Source: Asterias rubens (taxonomy: Eukaryota). From it: a DNA stretch of 64,000 nt. The stretch is from assembly GCF_902459465.1 (NCBI RefSeq), contig NC_047078.1, forward strand, positions 8,494,001 to 8,558,000, written 5' to 3'. Positions within the stretch are counted from its first letter, which is position 1, and every line of letters starts with the position of its first letter. The position numbers and the translations under genes were made by a program. Shown in pieces: positions 11,601 through 23,600 of this stretch. The notes under the pieces are model-generated. The model ran no database searches. It was given only the letters and a program-made list of their open reading frames with translations, and was not told where the DNA came from.

Positions 11601-14600
11601 GACTAATGCTAGTAATTAATATACTCGGATTGAAAAGAGAATTCCAGACGGCTGAATGAAAGACTAGGTCTTGGTATTGGTCTCTTTCATGGGCTCAGTA
11701 ACCTAGCTCTTAATGGTAAATGGCATTGATACTATTCTACTGATATTGAGAAGTCTACATTATATTATGCAGCTGAATTGGAGACTAGTGATGCTAGTAG
11801 TAGTAAACATATTGAGATTGAAAGGTGTATTCATGGCTGAATCAAAGACTATAACTTGCAAGTTTTCTGTTACGCCCAGACATCTAGCTCAATGTCCCCG
11901 GCTAGCAGTGAACGGTTTTTGGCACATCCCCGTCTAAGATCCGGCTAGTTATTCCAAAATCCAGGTGTGGATTCCACCAAGAGTTAAGACTTGTCTTATC
12001 TCGATTTACAAAATGTAGGACCAGTTACTCATCCCAACATAGCACTAGCCTTAAGTTTTTAATAACTCCAAAAGAGCTTTGTCTCTATCTACTCATGTAT
12101 TTTCACTTCACTGCTTATGTTACACTTAGTTACCTGTTGATGTGTGTTGTGTTGCCATTCGGCCTCTGAGAAAGACTGTGCTAGGGTTGATATTAATGTC
12201 AGGCATTTACATCATGTACTTTTTTTTTTCCAGGGATTATTGTGGGAGTGATTTACAGTGGAGGTTATCTACTAGCCAGTGGTGACATCAAACCAGGTCA
12301 ACTCATGTCTTTCCTCGTTGCTTCTCAAACTATCCAGAGATCACTAACTAGTATATCAATCCTCTTTGGTCAGGCAATTAGAGGAACCAGCGCCGGGGCT
12401 CGAGTCTTTGAGGTATGAGAGAGTAACGACCCGGTCACACAGGCCACGATAACTAGAACGAAAATGAGAACATTAATAATGCACACCCTCGATTTCTTGA
12501 ATAAGCGTGGGCATATTCTGCTTGGAGCACTTCAACCAAGAGAATGCGTTCTGTTTGCGTTGTTATCGTTATTGTTTTCATTATCGCTGCAGTGTGACAT
12601 GGCCTGCAGGCCATTTCCTCCACTATTCAAAGGAGCAGTCTAGCCATTTGACTTTCTTACTTGTACTTCATCTGTTTTCCGTTAGGCCTACATCTCTTCA
12701 AAAAAACATACATTTTTTTATGTTTCAGTATCTAGAATTGGAGCCAACAATTCCTCTGAAAGGAGGTAAACACATTCCGTTTCACAGTTTCTACGGCAAC
12801 GTGAGGTTCAACGATGTGACATTCAGCTACCCAACGAGGCCTGAACAGGTGATATATATTTCCTGCAATACTTTTTAAACTGTCTTCAAAGTTTTAGACT
12901 GCCTCGGTAATATCATTTAAAGGTTTCATACAAGACTATTTTCAAATAATTGGGGTTGAACAAAAACAAATTGACTAGAGTGGGACTTGAACCTGCGACC
13001 TCCCATTCTGGCGCTCTACCAACTGAGCTTCATGTATCTTCAGTCAAAATGCTTGGGCTAAGTGACGAAATTAACAAACCGTTCCCTACATTTAACCTAA
13101 GCTGGAATGCAGAGGCAAGATATTGCATTTTACACAGATTTCTTGTGAGGTTAAAAATTTTGAAAGGCGTTGATAAAGAGAAAAAGGCAGGTTCACTTTA
13201 AATAGCAGTGTTACACTTAACGCTTGAATGTTCCCCCTGCGAACAAATTTCTAGGTCAAAAAGCTATCAGTGTAGCTGGGCCAATGATTTGGAAGAAAGT
13301 CTTCCTACTGTCATAAGGTAATCTGTTACTCTACGTATCTACATTTCTTAAAGTCCTTAAGACTCGGTCTTTTTCCATGTTTAGTTGCCTTCTAGTACGC
13401 TATTATCTTGATGGAATAGCGACTTATAAATTTTAATTCTAATGTTATGTTATTGTCTGTTTGTTTCAAGGTTGTTTTGAGTGGATTGACGTTAGATATA
13501 CCAGCAGGACAAGTGGTGGCTGTCTGCGGCCCGTCAGGAGGGGGTAAGTTCAATGACCTCTAACAAGTGATCCACAAAGCGTAAACAGCTCCTTCGCATG
13601 TTGAAAGATGTAAAGCCTCGTGTGTAGAAGAGGAATCTGAGTGCAGGGACATCTGTGGACCGCCATTCAGGCCTGATACTTCACGGTGGCAACGAAGGCC
13701 CCCGTGCCCCCTGGTCATTGCCTTGGTTCCCTTGATAATGCTCAAGTAGAAATTGATAATTGGTTCATCATAGGGTGCCCTTTACCAAGGAGAATATGCC
13801 TTGATGCCCTTGCCCTTGAACAAAGCATAGATCGCCATTGCTTTGTGCTCTACATATTTGTAGGAAGTTAATTTCATTTTTCAATTACTAAATCTAGTTA
13901 GAGAAGCCAAGGGTGCTTGAACTTGGTTTGCAGTAACACCATGTGTGTATCTACTTGCCAGGTAGAGTTTGTTCTTAGAGAACTCTCTTTCTTTATTCTA
14001 CTACCGCGTAGTAGATTGTTCGGGTGTTCGGGAGACTTCTCAGTTCTGAAAAGAACTGTCCTGCTTTTTAACTATTACCCGGGCGGATGGTATAAAAAAT
14101 AGGCTGGGACTACTACTTTAGCTTACAGGTTCGTAATTAACTGTACTAACGCGGAGTCAGTTCTTAAATTGGTCTCAACGTTTCGACTAGCTTGCTCAAG
14201 TCATCTTCAATGTACTAGCCAAGAACCCAATGGAGAGAAGACAAGGAAGGAAGTTTCAGTTTTAAATGTGGTAGGGAAACCTCGGGGAATTGTTCCAGGG
14301 AAAATCCACACAGTTAGGTACATGTAGGAACTGAAAACCCAATCGGCATAGTGCCACAGTGGGATATGAATCGAGGGTTCTAGACATCATCAGTTGAAGA
14401 TTCTTGTAAAGGAATTAGACTTCTCAAAGCTTCGAGAACCTAGCTTCCCAAATTATTATTAATGAAATGCAGGAAAATGTCACTTACAGGTTCTAACATT
14501 TTTTTATTATTATTTTACTTCTGTACAGGGAAATCTACAATTGCTGCCTTACTTGAAAGGTTCTATGATGTCACTAAAGGCTCTGTTACTATTGACAACG

Positions 14601-17600
14601 TGAATATTAATGAGCTTGACCCCAGTAAGCTGCGAGGTCAGACAATTGGTTTCATTAATCAGGTGAGTTGTTTAATTTGTAGTAACTTGACAACCCTCCT
14701 ACTCTTTGTACCATTTTTGGAGCAAATTGGCCAACCATTATTTAAAACAATTCACCAAGGCAGGTTTTGTAATGTGGCCCTACTTTAAAAATAACTTTTC
14801 AAAGTACAGTGTACATTACACGCATTCGCTACTTTTTTTTATTTCTGATATCATATGTAATATTCAAAACCACAGTGGATGATAATAAATGGTCAGACAG
14901 TAGGAGTGTTGACTGTGCACTGTGTAGATCATCACATTTCAGGCTGGCATAGTTTATGTATCTTTCAAAACCACAGTGGATGATATTAAATGGTCAGATA
15001 GTTAGGAGAGTTAACCTTATACTGCGTAGATGCCATCACTACATGATAAATTTTTGTCCAGGCAGTCATAGTTTATGTATAATTAAAAAACCACAGTGGA
15101 TGATATTGAATGGTCAGACAGTAGGAGGGTTGACCTTATACTGTGTCGATGCCATCACCACATTGATACAATATTGTTCAGTTAGTCATAGTTTTATCTA
15201 TAAATTAAAACCACAGTGGATGATATTGAATGGTCCGATAGTAGGAGGGTTGACCTTGTTCTGTGTAGATGCCATCACCACATGATATCATATTGCAGGC
15301 CGACATAATTTATCTATAGCTCAAAACCACAGTGGATGTTATTCAATGGTCAGACAGTAGGAGGGTTAAGATAGGAAGTTACCATAATGCACAATTTAAC
15401 ATTTTACACGTATACAAATAAGAAGTTCTTAAGAACAAATTTTAAACAAACATCTCTAAATTTTAACATATAAACCAATAGTCTAATTATCTGACTATTA
15501 TTCATATTGGACCTAATTCTGAACCAAATGATTTTCAAAACAGAATGTGAAACACTTTCCTTGTAAGCACCAATAAGGGACAGCTATACAATAAAGATTT
15601 TCCTCAGAAAATAAACATCCTTTTCATCTGTGGGCGTGTTAACATTGGACTCTTTGGATCATTAAAGGCAGGTGGATGTGCAGTTATCGGCCTGGTCAGC
15701 AGCCCTACTGTTTTGCGAATGGGACGTAAAGCCATTGGTCCCATGTGTTATGTAAAGCATGTAAAAGAACACAGTGCACTTATCGAAANNNNNNNNNNNN
15801 NNNNNNNNNNNNNNNNNNNNNNNNNNNNNNNNNNNNNNNNNNNNNNNNNNNNNNNNNNNNNNNNNNNNNNNNNNNNNNNNNNNNNNNNNNNNNNNNNNNN
15901 NNNNNNNNNNNNNNNNNNNNNNNNNNNNNNNNNNNNNNNNNTGTTGTTCGCAACGAGTGTGATAGAAAATATCCGGTATGGAAATCCAGATGCATCGGAT
16001 CAAGAGGTAAGACTTAATCAAGCAGCCTGTGTACCATACAACCAAACAGGCAGTTTCGGTTGTAATGTATTAAGGGCCAGACTATATGTACTTCAAGTTC
16101 CTGATATAGCCCCGGTTTGCTCTTAAAGGCAGTAGACACTAATGGTAATTACTCAAAATAATAATTGGCATAAAACCTTTCTTGGTAACGAGTAATGGGG
16201 AGCTGTTGATAGTCTGAAACATTGTGAGAAACATCTCCCTTTGAAGTAACGTAGTTTTTGAGAAAGAAGTAATTTTCCACTAATTTGATTTCCAGACCTC
16301 AGATTTAGAATTTGAGGTCTCGAACTCAACCATCTGAAAGCACACGACTTCGTGTGACAAGGGTGTTTTTTTTTCACTTTTATCTGGCAACTTTGACAAC
16401 CGATTGAGCTCAAGTTTTCACAGGTTTGTTATTTTGTGCATATGGTGAGAAGACTAATCTTTGACAATTACCAACAGTGACCAGTGTCTTTTTAAAAGGC
16501 ACTGGATGCTTTGTCAAAACCATTCTCACTTGGTACAACATATATCCCAATATCTGCATAAAATAACAATTCTGGAAAAACTTGTACTCAATTGGTCATC
16601 GAAATAGCAAGCAAGTAATAGAAGACAAAACACCCATGTTGCAGAGATTTGTGTGCTTTTAGATGCCTAAGAAAGCATTCAGGCTTAAAGTCTTTCTCAG
16701 ATTCAAATATTTTAGTGAGAATTTTCCTTCCTCAAAAGCTACATTTTATATAATTCAGAGGGAATCGTTTCACACGAGGTTTTGTACACTTAAGAAGTGG
16801 TACAATAAGCACAAAATGGCTTAAATACTCTCCTAGACTGGCAACAAAACTGTTTTTACAAAATCATCTAAAAATCTGGTAGTACACACAACACTCAAAT
16901 TTAACTTTTTAACATTTCATTTTCAACTTTACGATGGTAAATATTTATCTGCTTAGCAGACCTAAAACGACATCTATGATTTAACAAAATCTCAACTAGT
17001 GGCAGGCTCTATATGCAAAACCTCAACATACCTATTGGATTAACAGTCGGTTTGATTTCTAAAGAATCCTACTTACTAATTTAAAGCTAATTCGTCGAAA
17101 ATCGCTGGTGTTCACTGGTCAGTTTACAGTAGTTTGCGTATTTTCACAGTAGAGCAGGTCTTTAATAGGCCTTGGAGTCTAGTATACAACTACTGACTGC
17201 TTCGAGTGCTATGGTTAAAACTACGACACCCGAGGTGATCCGAGCGTTCTATTTTTCCAAGGCGCAGCCCAACAGACTATTTATCATCTTCATACACGTA
17301 ACGTTCCTACGTGCGTTTCAGATACACAGATAAACAACTAATTGGGTTAGAGGTTGGTGAAAAGACGTCTGGGTACTGCACACCGTGTGATAGTCATCGG
17401 ACTATCACACTGCAAACGATGCACTTTCACACGACAAACGTTTACAGGACCTCGGAGTGGACTGTTCAGTTTACAGTACTTGAGAGTTTGGTGTTTAGTT
17501 TACAGGACTGCAGAGTGTGGTGTTCAGTTTACAGGAATTGAGAGTGTGGTGTTCAGTTTACAGGACTTCAGAGTGTTGTGTTCAGTTTACAGGACTTCAG

Positions 17601-20600
17601 AGTGTTGTGTTCAGTTTACAGTACTTGAGAGTGTTGTGTTCAGTTTACAGGACTTCAGAGTGTTGTGTTCAGTTTACAGGACTTCAGAGTGTTGTGTTCA
17701 GTTTACAGCAATTCAGAGTGTGGTGTTCAGTTTACAGGACTTCAGAGTGTGGTGTTCAGTTTACAGGACTTTCAGGGTGTGGTGTTCAGTTTACAAGACT
17801 TCAGAGTGTGGTGTTCAGTTTACAGGACTTCAGGGTGTGGTGTTCAGTTTACAAGACTTCAGAGTGTGGTGTTCAGTTTACAAGACTTCAGAGTGTGGTG
17901 TTCAGTTTACAGGACTTCAGAGTGTGGTGTTCAGTTTACAGGACTTTCAGGGTGTGGTGTTAAGTTTACAAGACTTCAGAGTGTGGTGTTCAGTTTACAG
18001 GACTTCAGGGTGTGGTGTTCAGTTTACAAGACTTCAGAGTGTGGTGTTCAGTTTACAAGACTTCAGAGAGTGGTGTTCAGTTTGCTGGACTTCAGAGTGT
18101 GGTGTTCAGTTTACAGGACTTCAGAGTGTGGTGTTCAGTTTACAGGACTTTCAGGGTGTGGTGTTCAGTTTACAAGACTTCAGAGTGTGGTGTTCAGTTT
18201 ACAGGACTTCAGGGTGTGGTGTTCAGTTTACAAGACTTCAGAGTGTGGTGTTCAGTTTACAGGACTTGAGAGTGTGGTGTTCAGTTTACAGGACTTCAGA
18301 GCGTGGTGTTCAGTTTACAGGACTTCAGAGTGTGGCGCTCAGTTTACAGGACTTCAGAGTGTGGTGATCAGTTTACAAGACTTCAGAGCGTGGTGTTCAG
18401 TTTACAGGACTTCAGAGTGTGCGGTCCCGTTACACAGAACATCAGAGTGTGGTGTTCAGTTTACATGACTGCAGAGTATGGTGTTCTCTGAACAGATTTT
18501 GAGTGTGGTGGTCAGTTTACAGGACTTCAGAGTATGGTGTTCAGTTTACAGGACTTCCCGTATTTTCATAGAGCAGTTCTTCAAGGAATAGACGTTGCCT
18601 CTCCAGTGTGCCCATTGTAAACCTTGTGCCCATTCCACTTGACTCTGGTTGAACCATCTGCCGTTAAGGTGTGCATGAAAACAGGCATTAAACCACCATC
18701 CTCCTTTATCACGTTGTGCACAGTCTCCACTATTGTAACTATCATTGTCCTGATCCTTGGTACTGAATGACTGGCCATTGTGCACTGCCATTGAATCACG
18801 CACTGAGCTGTCATTATTGTAGGAACCAACTAGGAGAGTGTACTTATCACCTGTTACAGCAAACTCACCATAACTGGCCCAAGCTGTGTTTCCTTCCCAA
18901 TCAGCCATATTTACCATTAATTGCCATTGTCCTGACTCAGTAAGGTTACGTAAGATGTCATTACCCAGCCAGAACTCAGTGGAGAGATCACCAAACCCAG
19001 ATTGGTATTCTGCCCATTTGCGGTAAAAGACAACTGAGCCATCTTGTCTCCTCTGGAACACGATCCAGCCTCCTCCATCTGTCTCCATATCACAGTAGAC
19101 CTTCACCCCATCAGTCAGGCCAGCAGGGTAGATGGTGTAGATGCCACTCTGACAGCTACCAGCCTGGTGTAACTTCAGACAACTGCTATTTTGTGCAGAG
19201 TCTGGTGCTGAAAGTGAAGGAGTTTCCAAGTTGCCATCATAGTAAGCAACTCCTTGCAGCTCAATGAAGTCATCAGGGCTTTGAGATTGAGTAGCATTGC
19301 TCAACTGACAAACATAGCTACATGTGTAATAGTTGAATGATGCACAGTGTGGATCCATAGTGCAGTCTCGCCCACAGATCACAGGAGATGATACACTCTT
19401 CCATTTAAACACATGATTAACCAAAGCACGGTTACTTGCTGTGTAAAATATTTGAGTGTACCTAATAGCACACTCGCTGTAGCATTGTTGTACGATAAGA
19501 GTTACAATGATGGATGTTATAAAAATAACAGACTTCATTTTCATGCCGAGTTTAAAAGTTATGGGATGGCATCAATTACATGTACCAGCACCGAGAGTCT
19601 GTCTTCACTCGACAGTGGAAACGGGTGTTATGTGACAACAAAATAGACTTGGAACTCATTAAGTACACTCGCATTGAGAATCTGTTCAAGTAATTACATG
19701 AGCTAGAAGATCAATGTTGAAATCGTAAATCTCAAAGACAAACAATTATAAACTGATTGATTTTCTCCTTGTTTACAACAGTTGCCATGGTTAGCTTAAA
19801 TTGTGGTTTTTGTCAGCCTTCTGTTTTTGTCTTCATAGTGTCTCTTTTCTATCCAAATGAAATAATTTGTTCAAGTACTTATTTATAATGAGCTAGAAGG
19901 TCAAGGTTCAAATCGTTAATCTCAAAGACAAACAATTATAAACTGATGGATTTTCTCTTTGTTTACAACAGTTGCCATGGTTATCTGATAGCGGTTTTGG
20001 TCTGCCTTTGTCTTAGTCATTGTTTTGTCCCAAATCAAAATGAAATAATTTGTTCAAGTACAGTCACATAAGCTACAGGCTCAATTTTAAAATCATAAAT
20101 ACGAAAGACAAACAATTATAAACTGATTAATTTTGTCTTTGTTTACACCAGTTTCCATGGTTATATTACCGATAATAATTTGAGCAGCCTTCTGTTTTTG
20201 TCTTAGTAATTGCTTTGTCCTCAACCAAAATGAAATTGTATCCTCCATTGATTATCTCATTATTCTAATCTCGATTTGCATGCTGTGCTTCATTACATTG
20301 AAGCCTAGTGTTAAAGTCTAACCACATGCTTAGTAAGTATTTTAATCAAAGAAGGGATAAAAAGGTTTGGGCAAGTTTTGTCCTAAAGCTCACTGATTCT
20401 AATCAAAGAAATATTTTCATCTGGAAGTTCACCGTTTCTAAAGTTCATACCAGTTACTAATCCTGCAGAGAAATATTTCCATCTGGAAACTCATCGTTTC
20501 TAAAGTTCATACCAGTACCAATCCTCCAGAGAAATGTTTCAATCTGAAAGCTCATTGATTATAAAGTTCATTCCAGTACCAATCCTCCAGATAAATATTT

Positions 20601-23600
20601 CCATCTGAAAACTCACTGATTCTAAAGTTCATACCAGTACCAATCCTCCAGATAAATATTTCCATCTGAAAGCTCACTGATTCTAAAGTTCATACCAGTA
20701 CCAATCCTCCAGATAAATATTTCCATCTGAAAGCTCACTGATTCTAAAGTTCATTCCAGTACCAATCCTCCAGATAAATATTTCCATCTGAAAACTCACT
20801 GATTCTGAAGTTAATACCAGTACCAATCCTCTAGAGAAATATTTCCATCTGGGATGAAGCCTCACTGATTCTAAAGTTCATACCAGTACCATTCCAACAG
20901 AAAAAATTTCCATCTGAAGCCTCACTGATCCTAAATTTCATACCAGTACCACTCCTCAAGAGAAATATTTCCATCAAAAAGCTCACTGATTCTAAAGTTC
21001 ATACATGTACCAATGTACAAATAATTTTATTTCCATCAAAAAGCTCACTGATTCTAAAGTTCATACATGTACCAATGTACAAATATTTCCATCTGAAAGC
21101 TCACTGATTCTAAAATTCTTATTAGTAATAATCCTCCAGAGAATATTGATGTGAAAGGGCACTCTGATTCTTCAGTTCATACCAGTTCAAATATTTCAAA
21201 GCTGATTTTGATTGATTAGATTAAAAAAAAAAATAATAATAAATTTAAAAAAAAACTTTCGTATATTTTAATTTGATGTCAACTGAAATGTGACCTACAG
21301 CGCAATTTCTTGTTAAAGGCAGTGGAAACTATGGGTAATTAGTCAAAATAACTATTAGCATAAAACCTTACTTGGTATCATGCAATGGGGAGAGGTTGAT
21401 ATTATTAAATAGTGTGAGAATTGGCTTCCTCTGAAATGACGTAGTTTTCGAGAAAGAAGTCATTTTCCTCGAATTTGATTTTGATACCTCAAATTTAGAA
21501 TTTGAGGTCACAAAATCAAGCATCCGAATGCACACAACTTCGGTTGGCAAGGGTGTTTTTTCTTTCATTATTATCTCGCAACTTCGATGACCAATTGAGC
21601 TCAAATTTTCACAGGTTTGTTATTTTATGCATATGTTGAGATACACCAAGTGAGGAGACTGGTCTTAGCCAATTACCAAAATATAGTGTCCACTGTCTAT
21701 AAGAAAATGGCTTATGTTTGTTTAATAATTCTAAAACAAAATTTTGTTTTCTTTAAGGTTTATGAGGCAGCCGCTCTAGCCAATGCTCATGATTTCATTC
21801 TTGGATTTCCAGAGGGGTACAAAACAATCCTTGGTGAGCGTGGCGTTACAATATCGGGCGGACAGAAGCAAAGGTAAACGTTATTCATAAATACCTCGGA
21901 CAGTTTTGCTATTCCTATTGGTGGAGAGCGCGTCACGTGGGTGTGTATAAACCTTTGGTCATGACCAGCAAAAATGGGTTAAAACATCATCGTGACATGC
22001 CAGCTTGCACCTGTTCTTATAAGACAGTTTCTTGATTCCTATTGGTCGAGAGCAACGGCTGAAACAGTTGTGCCACATCACGCGATACGCGCAGAAGTAC
22101 ACTGTATAACCTGGGCAACAAAGTGCTCCATAGACTTTCTCATACACAATATAATCCTCTTACTCTCACAGGTACTTATTTATACCCCCTGGGTGAGGCG
22201 AAGCAATTATTGTAAAGTATCTTGCTCAACAACACAAGTGCCATGACTGGGATTGGAACCCACGCTATGATGACTTAACCACCAGAACTTCTATTCATGA
22301 CACACCTCAAAAACATTACTTTGTAATGAGCAATGGAGAGCTGTTGATAGTATAAAAAAAATGTGAGAAACGACTCCCTCTGAAGTAACGTAGTTTTCGA
22401 GAAAGGGGTTATTTCACACTCAAAAAAACAAAATGTATACAAAGGGCAATGTCATTGGAAAATCTTTAAGTCTAAGGGTTACTTTTAAAGGGGCACTAAG
22501 GCAAGAATCAGGGCAAGAGAACATGGCCTTTGTGGCCTTCGTGTAAATCTAGGCCTGGAACATTTCCCTCAACAATGATGGTACCTTTACTTTGACATTT
22601 TGGATTGTTTTTAGCAGTTAACAATCTTGTAATTTTCTTATAACAGAATAGCAATTGCTCGAGCCCTTGTTAAGAATCCCTCCATTCTGATTCTTGATGA
22701 GGCGACCAGCGCCCTCGACACCGAGTCTGAGAGAGTCGTCCAAGAAGCAATCGACAAAGTCTCAAAAGGTAGGTTGAAAATTAGAAAAATGTTTTGACTA
22801 CATTGAATACTAATATAGGCATTGGTTGGAATTGTGTCTCGGTATCTTTTGGACAACCTGTTTTAAGTTTATAAAATTTCCAGCAATTTTGGAAACCCTT
22901 TTACCAAATCTGGAAACCTTGAAAAGCTGGTATAACATTTTCCAACCCTCGTACTCTTGCTTATATTTTCTTCAGAAGTTGATATAAAATTTGCATCAGG
23001 GATAGAGAATATTATTTTGTTTTCCCCATAACATCAACACTATTAATCAAGTTGTTTAGCAAAGTGGAAGTGTCGTGGCCGAGTGGTTAAAGGAACACGT
23101 TGCCTTGGATCGGTCGAGTTGGTCTTTGAAAAGCATTCTGTAACCGTTTGTTATGAAATGCATATGGTTAGAAAGTTATTGTAAAAGTAGAATATATTGA
23201 TCTACACAAATATGCCTTGAAATTGTGTGGTTTACTTTTAACCTTGTCGACTAACGCAGTCGGCCATTTATGGGAGTCAAACTGTTGACTCCCATAAATG
23301 GCCGACCGGGATAGTTCGCGACATAAAAGGAAAACCATGCAATTTTGAGTGATACTTACTTGTGTGGATCATTATATTCTACTTTTAAAACATCTTTCTA
23401 ACCCTATGCATTTCATAACAAACGGTTTCAAACGCTTTTAATAGACCAACTCGTCTGATCCAAGGCAACGTGTTCCTTTAAGAGCACTGAACTGAATTCA
23501 AACTCTGGTATTCTGACAGCAGATTGTGGGTTCGAGTCCCAGTTGTGGCACTTGTGTCCCTAATAAGCAAGACACGTAACCATTGCGACGTCATTCGGAT

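Noticed and set aside
15662-16126. ORFs spanning the N run
   Set aside because: They are artefacts of Ns being read as non-stop codons; only 15942-16006 is visibly coding.
17311-18491. Long plus-strand ORFs (up to 337 aa) across the 29-bp array
   Set aside because: They are periodic translations of a tandem repeat that lacks stops on that strand, with no domain content.
17441-21190. CRISPR-like arrays
   Set aside because: The units are head-to-tail with no unique spacers, there are no cas genes, and the context is eukaryotic.
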